Part shown: one piece after another, positions 54,638-63,342 of the stretch
Position numbering within the stretch: the first letter of the stretch is position 1
Layout: each line of letters begins with the position of its first letter
DNA from: an uncultured Planctomycetota bacterium
Lineage (GTDB): Bacteria; Planctomycetota; PLA2; JAEUHO01
Assembly (NCBI GenBank): GCA_963752285.1
Contig: CAVVXN010000005.1
Location: forward strand, 1,216,001-1,280,000
Length of the DNA stretch: 64,000 nt
Direction of reading: 5' to 3'
Translations under genes and position numbers: made by a program
Notes under the pieces: model-generated
The model's database searches: none
Seen by the model: only the letters and a program-made list of their open reading frames with translations
What the model was told of the DNA's origin: nothing

Positions 54638-55263
54638 TGGAACCGAATCTGCCGATGCCCCTCGAATGCCGCGACGTGGACGCCCTCTTCACCCGTGCGC
54701 GGCGCGCCGGAGACGACGAAGCGCCGCGCGACCTCGTGCGGTCGCTCCACGACCACCTCGCCGCCTGCGCCCGTTGCGCCGCCGAGCACGGCGGCCGGCT
54801 CGCCGGCTTGGAGAGCACGCAGGCACTCCGCGAGCGATCCCTCCCGAACGGGGTCCTCGACGACCTCTGGGAGAACGTGAGCCGTCGGCTCCCCGAGGCG
54901 CCGGTCGGCGGCGCGATGTCCCTCGCCTTCCTGGACGCGCCGCGCGCGCTGGGCGTGTGGCGCGCGGTGGCCGTGGCCGCGACCACGTTGCTCGTCGTCG
55001 GGACCGGGCTGCTGGTGTCGGGCGTCCGGCCCGGCGAGGGCACGCCGACGGCCGAGCGCCTGCACGCGGTCCCCGAGAACCTGCTCCACGTCTGGGACGC
55101 GAGCCTGGGCGGCGGGCCCCGCGGTGAGGACCTCCGGATCTGGCCCGGCGCGTCCACCCGCGGCTACGGCCCGTTCTACCGAGTCCTGGGCCCCGACGGG
55201 GAGGTGCCGATCGGCGACCGTGCCCAGCCCGCGAGCGCGGACGTCATCGCCCCCTGGGAGTGA
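54637..55263 (+). CDS. Zinc-finger (HxxxCxxC) membrane anti-sigma factor
   Basis: HLAACARC followed by one TM helix; TGATG overlap with the sigma stop codon. Confidence 0.8.
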   Translation: MEPNLPMPLECRDVDALFTRARRAGDDEAPRDLVRSLHDHLAACARCAAEHGGRLAGLESTQALRERSLPNGVLDDLWENVSRRLPEAPVGGAMSLAFLDAPRALGVWRAVAVAATTLLVVGTGLLVSGVRPGEGTPTAERLHAVPENLLHVWDASLGGGPRGEDLRIWPGASTRGYGPFYRVLGPDGEVPIGDRAQPASADVIAPWE

Positions 55264-55267
55264 CGCC

Positions 55268-56332
55268 GTGCGGCGGGGGTCCCGTGCAACGGCCGCGCTC
55301 GCGCTCGGCCTGCTCCTCGTTCCGTGGGGGTTCGTCGCCGGCGGCGAGCACACCGACGTGGACGCGCTGCTCACGATGGCGCGACGCGCGGCGCCCGGAA
55401 TCGTGCGCGTGCAGTGGCGACCCTACCGGGGCGCCGACGCCCCCATCGAGCGCCACGCGGTGGTCGTGGACACGGACGGCTGGCTGCTCATGGCCGGGCC
55501 GCCGGTGTCCGAGCACGGGACGCTCGCGGCCTCGTTCTCCGACGGGCGCGCCGCGCGGGCGCGCGTGTGGGCGACCGACGCGGGCAGCGCGCTGACGCTC
55601 CTCCACGTCCCGCTCTCCGGGCTCGTGCCGATCCCGTTTCGCGGCGTCACCCAGGACGACGGCGAGGAGGTTCCCGACCGCTTCCCTCCGGGCGAGACGG
55701 TGTTCATGGTGACGGCGGAGGGCGCGCTCGCACGCGGCGCGCGCCGCGCGAACCACCGCGCCTTCCGCCTGCTCGACCCGCTCGACGGCGAGGGCCATGA
55801 GGTCACGGGCCTCGACGAGGCATCCCTCTCCGTCGTGACGACGGACCTCGGCGCGCCGTGGCTCGACGAGGAGGGCCGCCTGGTCGGGCTGCTCCTCGGC
55901 GCGGACGTCGAGGTTCCGGATGCGGCGCACCCGCCGGACGAGAACATCCGGCTGCGCCCCTCCGTCGTGGCGGCGTATGCCGTGCCGAGCGCGGTGGCGG
56001 CCATCGAATGGCCCCTCCTCCGCGACCAACGCGCGGTGGACCGCGCGGCGCTCGGCGTGCACACCCGCCCGCTCGACCTCGCGCTGACGCACCACGTCTG
56101 CCCGGACTGTCGCGGCTGGATCGTCGCGGAGGTGCTGCCGGACGGGCCGGCGGCGCGCGCCGGCATCGAGGCGAACGACATCCTCCGCGGGCTCGCCGGC
56201 CGGCCGCTCGCGCCCGGAGCCCGACTCGCCGACGCGCTCCTCCCCTACCGACCCGGCACGGAGATCCGCGTGGACGTCCTCCGGGGCGGCGAGACGAAGG
56301 TCGTCGAGGTCGTGCTCGGCTCGGTCCGCTGA
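55268..56332 (+). CDS. HtrA/DegP-like trypsin-fold + PDZ protein, catalytic triad apparently lost
   Basis: DLGAPWLDEEGRLVGL in place of GNSGGPL; PDZ VAEVLPDGPAARAGIEANDIL...VLRGG. Confidence 0.75.
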   Translation: MRRGSRATAALALGLLLVPWGFVAGGEHTDVDALLTMARRAAPGIVRVQWRPYRGADAPIERHAVVVDTDGWLLMAGPPVSEHGTLAASFSDGRAARARVWATDAGSALTLLHVPLSGLVPIPFRGVTQDDGEEVPDRFPPGETVFMVTAEGALARGARRANHRAFRLLDPLDGEGHEVTGLDEASLSVVTTDLGAPWLDEEGRLVGLLLGADVEVPDAAHPPDENIRLRPSVVAAYAVPSAVAAIEWPLLRDQRAVDRAALGVHTRPLDLALTHHVCPDCRGWIVAEVLPDGPAARAGIEANDILRGLAGRPLAPGARLADALLPYRPGTEIRVDVLRGGETKVVEVVLGSVR

Positions 56333-56344
56333 CGCGGCGCGCCA

Positions 56345-56429
56345 CGCGCGCTCAGCGCGAGGCCACAGCCTGCGGGAAGCGCGCGCTCAGCGCGACGCCA
56401 CAGCCTGCGGGAAGCGCGCGCTCAGCGCG
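56345..56429. repeat. 35-bp tandem direct repeat (2 copies + 15-bp partial) between convergent genes
   Basis: cgcgcgctcagcgcga(g/c)gccacagcctgcgggaag at 56345 and 56380, partial copy at 56415. Confidence 0.85.
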
Positions 56430-58261
56430 CGACCGCGGTCTCGAGGCGCGCTTCGAGCGTCGCGCCGTCGATGCGCTGGAACTTCAGCAGGAGGGGCTTG
56501 CGGTCCGCGGCGAGCACCACCGTCGTGGGCACGGTGGCCATGTAGTACGTCTTCACGAGCCCACGCTCGGCGTCCGTCCACTGGTTCGACGCGGCGACGT
56601 CCACGGGCACGACGTCCACACGACCCTGGAACCGTTCGAGGACGGGGAGGAGCTCTGCGGCCTCGAGCGCCGAAGCGCGCGAGCCGTCGTCGTAGAAGAG
56701 GATCACGACGGGCTTCAGACCCGGCTCGAGCGCGACGTCGGCGCGGGCGGGGGGCACGAGCGAGGCGGGGTACTGGCGGACCGCCGCGTCGCCCGGTGAG
56801 GCGAGGAGCCGCCGGACGTGCGCCCCGATCGTCTTGTCCTCGGGGGTCCGGTCGAACGTCATCGGCGCATCGGAGGTCGCGGGCGCGAGGGGATCGCCGC
56901 CCACGGACGCGCCCGGCTCGCCGGCGTCGAAGGGCTCCGCCGAGGGCGGCGGGCCGACCAGAGGGGCCGGCGCGGGAGGCGCGGCAGCCACGGGAGGCGG
57001 GGGCTCCACGGCGGGCCCGGACGACGTCGGGAGCGCCGGCGGGCCCGCCGGCGGCAGCGCGGGGGCGGCTGCTGGCGGGAGCGCCGCGGCAGGCCCGGGC
57101 GCGGGCGCGACCGGCGGGACGGCCGCCGCGGGAGGCGGCGGCGCGACCACGACGGGCGGGGCGCCGTCGATCCAGCCCGAGGCGTCGTCGGGCCCCGACG
57201 CGCCGAGCGGGCGCACGGGCGCTTGGGCGGGCGGGCTGGCGGGCGGGCTCGCGGGCGGGCTGGCGGGCGGGCTCGCGGGCGGAAGCGGGCCCGGCGGCAT
57301 CGCTGGCGGCCGGCGACGGCGCGCGCGGCGCCGGGACCGGCGCGGCGGCGACCTCGCGCGGGGGCGCGCCGGCAGTCCAGGGGTCCGCGGGCTCGCCGGC
57401 GATCGCCGGGGCGGCCGCAGGGCTCGGAACGGGCCCGGTCGCCACGGCGGGTGCCGTCGGCAGGGCCGGGGAAGCGGGCGTCACCCTGGCGGGCGTCGGC
57501 GAGGCAGGCTGCGCCGCCGTCGGCGAGGTCGGTCCGGGCGAAGCCGACGCGGTCGCGGGAGGACCCGCCGGGGGCAGCGGCTCGGGGCCAGTCCCCGCCG
57601 GCGCCATGGGAGCCCCCGGCGCGGACTCGGGCGGGGCGCCGGCGAGCCAGGGGTCGAGCGGCGTCGGCGCGGCGCCCGCCGGCGGCAGCACGCCCGAGCC
57701 CGCGAGCGGGGACGGCGCCGGCGCCGTCTCTTGGGCCGACGGAGGTGCGGGTACGGGCCGCGGCTCGCTCACCGGGGCCAGCGTCGGCCCCGAGGGCGGT
57801 TCCTCCGTCACGGGCGGCAGGGCGGCGAGCTCCGAGGGCTTGGGCTCGGGCGGGCCGGCCGGCGGCATGCCCTCCGGCATCTGCCCGACGTCCTCCCCGC
57901 CCTGGCGGACCACCCGGTCGTTCCGGGGGTCCCACGCGGGCGGCGGGGGTGGCGGCGGAGCCGAACCCACCGGGCCGGACGCGACGGCCGCTGGCTCCCC
58001 CACCTCCGCGTCCCCAGCCCACGGGCGTGCCGCCGCCGGCTCGTCGCCGAGGAGCGGGCCCTCCCGGGGCTCGAGAGGCGGGGCGGTTCGGTCGGCGAGC
58101 GGGTCGGTCACGGGCGCCGACCGGGACCCGTCGAGGCCGCCGGTGCGGCACGCGGAGATCGCGGCGGCCAGCGCGAAGAGGAGGGCGAGGGTCCGGCCCG
58201 GGCCCCGGGCGTACGGCGCGCGCCCGGCCGAGGTCTCGCTGGAGCGGATGGTGGGTTCCAC
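56422..58261 (-). pseudogene. Pro/Ala-rich lipoprotein with C-terminal thioredoxin-like fold, split by a frameshift near 57300-57330 (real or sequencing error)
   Basis: AGGAGG RBS + GTG 58261; lipobox AAISA|C in ORF 56387..58318; the Pro-rich register continues in ORF 56422..57300, ending KPVVILFY...VPTTVVL (no CxxC). Confidence 0.65.
57227..57282 (-). repeat. 12-nt tandem repeat (PPAS) x about 4.7
   Basis: gcgggcgggct(g/c) units. Confidence 0.85.
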
Positions 58262-58494
58262 GACGCCTCCTGGTTCCACGGTACGTCCGACGGCCGCGCT
58301 CGGGGATCGTCCCTCCACGCCGAGGGGCTTCGAGCCGTCCTCGGGACCGTACAGGGTGACCGCAGCGGATCACTCCCTCGTCACGAGGCCCGGTGCCTGC
58401 GCCCCCTCCTCGATACGAACGAGAGGGCCTCCTGTGGGCGTCGTCCTCCGCGGCGCGCCGGCGCGGCCGGCCGGCACCCCGGGCCCGGGCGCCG

Positions 58495-59721
58495 TCACTC
58501 GGGCGGGATCGTGGCCGAGCAGGGCACGCGGACCTCCGCGGCGCCGGGGTAGGTGGTCTTCACGACCATGGTGGCGCGGAGCTGTTCGTCGGGCGCGCGG
58601 TTCAACCCGTCGTACGACACGGTCACGGTCCACGTGCCGTGCTCGTCCTGGACCTTCTTCGCCTCGAATCCGAGGCCGCCCCGGGGCGTCTCCGTCCCGG
58701 AGGCCGCCTCGAACGTGACGTCCGTCACCGCGAAGGGGACGTTCTTGTTCGCCGGCACGAGACGGATCGGGAAGGGCCGCTTCAGGTCGTAGCCCAGCAC
58801 CACGTTCTGCGGGTACGCGACGAGAGGCGGGACGACGACGAAGTGCGCGATCACCGTCACCTCCGGTCGGTCGGGGTGCGTGGTCCGGATCTTCACGTTG
58901 TCCTGGAAGGGCCCTTCCTGGTCCCGGCCGGGGTGGGTGATCACGACGTCGAGCGCGTGGTGGCCGGGCACCTCGATCGGGTCGATGCGCCACGTGTAGG
59001 GCACCGGCTTGTCGTTCACGAGCACGCTGCCCTCGACCCCGGTGATCTTCCAGTCGGCGTCGTCCGCCGCGCTCCGGAAGCGCACGCGGAACTGCATCGG
59101 CTCGCCCTTCGTGCCGCTCGGCACCGTCACGTGCGAGGGGGTGACGACGAGCCCCTGCGAGATCGACGCGTGCACGAGGAAGGTCTGCACGGGCGGGTCG
59201 AGGGCGTTGGTGTAGACGGAGATCCGCTTCGACTGCTCCCCGTCCTTGCCCTCGGTGGCGAGACGGATCGCGATCTTTCCGGACTCGTTCGGCTGGAGCT
59301 TCTTCACGTCGCCGACGAGCTTCGCGTGGATGCAGCCGCACGGGCTCTGGACGTCGCGGATGCAGAGCGGACCGCTCCCCTCGTTGTGGAAGACGACGTC
59401 CCGCTGGAGCTCCACGCCCTGCTTCACGGCGCCGAACTCGAGGCCCTCGGGCGGCAGATCGAACACGAGCTTGGGCGGATGCGCGGGATCGGGCTTGCAG
59501 TCCTCGTCCTCCCAGGGGACCTGACGGTAGGGGTCGCCCCACCGCGCCGTGCTCGTGTCGGCGGGCTCGTCCCCGCCCCGGGCGATCAGGCCGAGCGTGA
59601 CGACGCCCCCCATCACCAGGACGGTCAGGAACGTGGTGAGGATGATCACGTTCCGCGAGCGCTTGTGCTCGCGCGCGCTCTCGCTGTCGCGGGCCGGGTC
59701 GGGGGGGGCCGTGTCGCTCAT
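58495..59721 (-). CDS. DUF1573/Ig-like domain membrane-anchored protein
   Basis: One TM; EFGAVKQG, FHNEGSGPLCIRDVQSPCGC, LQPNESGKI, ISVYTN. Confidence 0.82.
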   Translation of the reverse strand: MSDTAPPDPARDSESAREHKRSRNVIILTTFLTVLVMGGVVTLGLIARGGDEPADTSTARWGDPYRQVPWEDEDCKPDPAHPPKLVFDLPPEGLEFGAVKQGVELQRDVVFHNEGSGPLCIRDVQSPCGCIHAKLVGDVKKLQPNESGKIAIRLATEGKDGEQSKRISVYTNALDPPVQTFLVHASISQGLVVTPSHVTVPSGTKGEPMQFRVRFRSAADDADWKITGVEGSVLVNDKPVPYTWRIDPIEVPGHHALDVVITHPGRDQEGPFQDNVKIRTTHPDRPEVTVIAHFVVVPPLVAYPQNVVLGYDLKRPFPIRLVPANKNVPFAVTDVTFEAASGTETPRGGLGFEAKKVQDEHGTWTVTVSYDGLNRAPDEQLRATMVVKTTYPGAAEVRVPCSATIPPE

Positions 59722-59830
59722 GCCGCAATCGTAGCGCCCGGAGGGGGACCTGGCCCCACGCCCGGGCCCCGGCGCCGCGGCCCGCGCGCTCCGGCGGGAG
59801 GCGCCCCCCGGCGCGTCTTGACAAGGCCGG

Positions 59831-61351
59831 TCACCGCGCGGGCGTCGTCCGGCGGTCGCTCGGCACCCGGTGGTGGTCCACCGCCGGTCGGTACTCGTCC
59901 TCGTAGTGCTCGGGGAACCGGTGACTGTTCTGGACGTCGTGACACGTCTCGCAACGGCGACGCCCGGGGTCGCGGCGCATCGGCCCCCCGCCCTGGAACA
60001 CCGCCGGGTCCGTCGGGCGCGAGACGTGCCGGCGGCCCGGACCGTGGCACGACTCGCACCCGACGCCGCCGAGGTACGGCGTCCGCTCCGGGTCGAGGAA
60101 TCCACTCGCCGCGCGGGCGAATCGTCCTCCCGGAAGGCGCTCGAACCCGACCACGTGGCAGCGCGCGCACTCGGGGTCCCACGCGTAGCCCTTCGCCTCG
60201 AGGTCCGCGAGCGCCCCGTGGTGGGCCGTGCCGGCCCACGAGTCGTAGATCGCGCGGTGGCACGCCGCGCAGCGCGCCGACCCGACGTATCCGTCTCCGG
60301 GCGCGTCGGGAACCGTGGGGAAGCGGTCGAGGAGGCCGCGCCGGCGGACCTCCTCGCGATACACGTCGAAGAGGCGGGAGATCTCCTCGCGCGCGGGACT
60401 CGGCACGTGCTCCCACCGCTCGGCCAGGGGCACGGTGTGCCACGAGACGAGCCAGCCCCCGCCGTCGGCGCGGTCGAGGTCGAGAAGGCCGACCTCGGGG
60501 CCGTACTCGGCGAGACGCACGACACACGGCGTCTCGTCGAGCGAGACGCGGTCGAGCCGCTCCGCTCCGGTGCCGCTCGCGAGGTCCACGACGACCGAGG
60601 GCCCGAGTCGTTCCATCGCCGCGCGGACGGAGTCCACGGCCTCGCCGGTCGCGTCGGTCCCGACGAGCCACAGCGTGTCGCGCCGTGGCGGCAGGCGGCC
60701 CAGCGCGCCGTCCGGCGGGTAGACGTTGATCGCGATCCCGCCGAGCGCCGAGAGGTGGGCGGGGTCGAGGAGGCTCATCGCGCGCACGGGGAGGTCGCCG
60801 AGCGCGAGGTCCACGAGCGGCGAGACCTCCGACGCCGCGGCGAGCGGGCCGTCGGGCGCGAGCGGCGCGTTGCCCGGCGGCGCGGGGCGGAGCAGAGGCC
60901 GTCCGCCCCGGAACGGACGGGCCATGGCGGGCTCGACGAGGTCCGGGGTCCCGAGCAGGGCCGCGTCGAAGCCCATCACCTCGAGCGCGCGACGGTACAG
61001 CGCCGTCTTGACGACGTCCTCCTCCTCGCCCCGCCCCGAGAGCGTCCACCCCACGGAGACGCCCAGGAACGCGTCCCTCGCGCGGCGCCGGGCGCTCTCG
61101 ACCACGGCGGCCAGGCGCTCGAGCCCGCCGAGCTGCGGCTCGGTGCACCCGCACGGCCGAAGCGTGCCGCGCTGGTTCCCCACGACCAGGATCGTGGCGC
61201 TCGCCGGCCGCGCGAACCAGGCCGCGCCGGCGTCGCCGGCGGCGGCCCCGTCGTCGCCCGCGCGGGCCACGCCCCCGAGAACGAGCGCCGCGGCGCCGAG
61301 GAGCAGGAGGGTCGCCAGGACGGCCGGGCCCAGGGAGCGCGGACGCACCAT
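59831..61351 (-). CDS. Tetraheme cytochrome c (c554-like) fused to a degenerate 5'-nucleotidase/UshA-like N-terminal domain
   Basis: Signal peptide; RGTLRPCGC..QLGGLER; CAACH, CARCH, CESCHGPG, CETCH; YVGSARC. Confidence 0.85.
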   Translation of the reverse strand: MVRPRSLGPAVLATLLLLGAAALVLGGVARAGDDGAAAGDAGAAWFARPASATILVVGNQRGTLRPCGCTEPQLGGLERLAAVVESARRRARDAFLGVSVGWTLSGRGEEEDVVKTALYRRALEVMGFDAALLGTPDLVEPAMARPFRGGRPLLRPAPPGNAPLAPDGPLAAASEVSPLVDLALGDLPVRAMSLLDPAHLSALGGIAINVYPPDGALGRLPPRRDTLWLVGTDATGEAVDSVRAAMERLGPSVVVDLASGTGAERLDRVSLDETPCVVRLAEYGPEVGLLDLDRADGGGWLVSWHTVPLAERWEHVPSPAREEISRLFDVYREEVRRRGLLDRFPTVPDAPGDGYVGSARCAACHRAIYDSWAGTAHHGALADLEAKGYAWDPECARCHVVGFERLPGGRFARAASGFLDPERTPYLGGVGCESCHGPGRRHVSRPTDPAVFQGGGPMRRDPGRRRCETCHDVQNSHRFPEHYEDEYRPAVDHHRVPSDRRTTPAR

Positions 61352-61372
61352 GCCGGGAGGATACCGCGTGCC

Positions 61373-62662
61373 TCAGGTCGCCCGGACGACGAGGCAGGTG
61401 ATGTCGTCCTCGAGCGTCCCGCCCTCGCCCCGGAAGCCGTCGAGGTCGGCGAGGAGGCCGTCCAGCACCTGCTTCGCGCCCGTCGCGCGCGCCGCGTGGC
61501 GCGCGAGTGAGTCGCGGAGCCGTTCCTCGCCGTACAGCTCGTCCTCCGCGTCGCGCGCCTCGAACAGGCCGTCGGTGTAGAGCACGAGCACGTCGCCCGC
61601 CGAGAGGGAGATCGGGTCGGAGACCCGGTACTCGCTCCCCTCCATCGCGGCGAGGAGGGGCCCCGTCCGCACGAGCTCCTCGACCCCGCCGCCGCCCGCG
61701 CGGCACAGGAGCGGCGGGTTGTGGCCCGCGCTCGCGTAGACGAGCGTTCGCGAGGGGGCGTCGAGGATCCCGACGAACATCGACATGAACTCACCGAGGA
61801 CCATGTCGCGCTCCAGGAGCTCGTTCACGTCGCGGAGCGCGGTCGCGGGGTCGGGGTCTCGCCGGAGGAGGTGGTGGAGGAGCGCGCGCGTCTCGGCCGT
61901 GTAGAGCGCCTGCGCGACGCCGTGCCCGGCGACGTCCCCCACCACGAGCGCGATCTTCTCGTCCGCCAAGGGGATCGCGTCGTAGTAGTCGCCCGAGAGC
62001 GCCTCGCACACGCGTCCCTCTCCGGCGATGTCGAAGCCCGCGGGCGGGCGGATGTCCCTCGGCAGCAGGCGCTTCTGCACGTCGTTGGCGAGCGTGATCT
62101 GTCGCTCGAGCCGGTCGCGTTCGGCGCGGGCGTGCTCCAGGCGCGCGTTCTCGAGCGAGGCGGCCACGAGGCCTCCCAGGCCGAGGAACACCTCGAACTC
62201 CTGCTCGGTGAACTCCTTCGTGCGGTACGTCGCGTCCACGTAGAGGAGACCGAGGAGGCGGTCCTCGTACGAGAGGGGCGTCACCATGATCGAGTAGAGC
62301 CGGAGGTCCACGAACGACTGCCCGAGGTCCGCCTTCTCCTCGTCCGCCGGGCCGATCGTCTTGAACGGCGCGCGCGAGCTCGTGGCCCGCTCCACCGCGC
62401 TGCGGCTGTACTGGAGGTCGAGCGGCAGGTCCACGCCGTCCGTGTCGCGCGCCACGTGGGGCTGGTACCCGGTCGGACCCGGGAGCAGCAGGACGCCCCG
62501 TTCCGCGCCCATGACCTGGATCGCGCGGTCCACCGCGCGTCGCATGCGCTCGTCGCCGTCGAGCAGGGTGTACAGCTCCTCGACCGTCTCGAGGAGCAGC
62601 CGCAAGTTGCCCGACTCGCGCGCGAGCGGACTCTCGAGGAACGCCCACCGGTCGTCGCTCAT
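61373..62662 (-). CDS. GAF + PP2C (SpoIIE/RsbU-like) phosphatase
   Basis: AERGVLLL...GLLYVD (GAF); SGDYYD, VGDVAGHG, ASAGHNP, LYTDGLFEA, DDITCL. Confidence 0.92.
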   Translation of the reverse strand: MSDDRWAFLESPLARESGNLRLLLETVEELYTLLDGDERMRRAVDRAIQVMGAERGVLLLPGPTGYQPHVARDTDGVDLPLDLQYSRSAVERATSSRAPFKTIGPADEEKADLGQSFVDLRLYSIMVTPLSYEDRLLGLLYVDATYRTKEFTEQEFEVFLGLGGLVAASLENARLEHARAERDRLERQITLANDVQKRLLPRDIRPPAGFDIAGEGRVCEALSGDYYDAIPLADEKIALVVGDVAGHGVAQALYTAETRALLHHLLRRDPDPATALRDVNELLERDMVLGEFMSMFVGILDAPSRTLVYASAGHNPPLLCRAGGGGVEELVRTGPLLAAMEGSEYRVSDPISLSAGDVLVLYTDGLFEARDAEDELYGEERLRDSLARHAARATGAKQVLDGLLADLDGFRGEGGTLEDDITCLVVRAT

Positions 62663-63096
62663 CCCGCCTCCGCTCCGAGCCGCACCCGGACCCGGCACCC
62701 GCCTCCGACGTCCCGCGAGCGCTCGAACGTGGCGGAGAGCCTGTTCACGAGGAACAGCCCCCGGCCTCGCGACGCGTCGAGCGGGACCGGCGTGGTCACG
62801 TCGCGCTCCAGAAGGCCGAGCGGGTCCTTTCCGGTGCCGGGATCGCTCACCTCCAGCACGACGGCGTCCGACTCGAGGAGCAGCACCAGCTCGGCCGTCT
62901 CCGAGCCGTCGCCGCGGGACCCGTGCTCGATCGCGTTCTGGATCAGCTCCGTCGCGACGAGCGCCACCTCCTCGGTCGCGTCCTCGTCCCAGCCCTGGGC
63001 GAGCAGCAACCCCTCGATCATCTTGCGACCCGAGCGTACGAAGACGAGGTGGGTCGGCAGGAGGAGTCGGAGAGGAAGGGGCAGTCCTTCGGGCAT
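62659..63096 (-). CDS. RsbW/SpoIIAB-like anti-sigma serine kinase (HATPase)
   Basis: LVATELIQNAIEHG, VSDPGTG, RGRGLFLV; ATGA overlap with the PP2C gene. Confidence 0.88.
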   Translation of the reverse strand: MPEGLPLPLRLLLPTHLVFVRSGRKMIEGLLLAQGWDEDATEEVALVATELIQNAIEHGSRGDGSETAELVLLLESDAVVLEVSDPGTGKDPLGLLERDVTTPVPLDASRGRGLFLVNRLSATFERSRDVGGGCRVRVRLGAEAG

Positions 63097-63342
63097 CCGC
63101 GCTCGGGGGCCGGGAGCGTGCGTCTCGCCTCCCGCGCCGCGGCGAGTACGATACCGTCCCCTCGACCCGTGGGAAGGGCGGGCTTTTCGAACGAGAACGC
63201 CTTCGATGCCCGCCTTCGCCGTCAACACAGAGGGGCGCCCCCTCGGCCTTCGGTCCGGAACGGTGGCCGCCGTCCGTCCGCCGGGCGCGCGGTCCCTCGG
63301 CGCGTCGTCGCGCTCGGTGGCGCCCCGCACGCGGGACGTGGC

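Noticed and set aside
56345..56429. Possible mini CRISPR array
   Set aside because: Units are contiguous tandem copies with no unique spacers, and no cas genes are in the window.
61130..61170. Selenocysteine recoding at the CGC motif of the cytochrome
   Set aside because: Codons are TGC-GGG-TGC, with no in-frame TGA.
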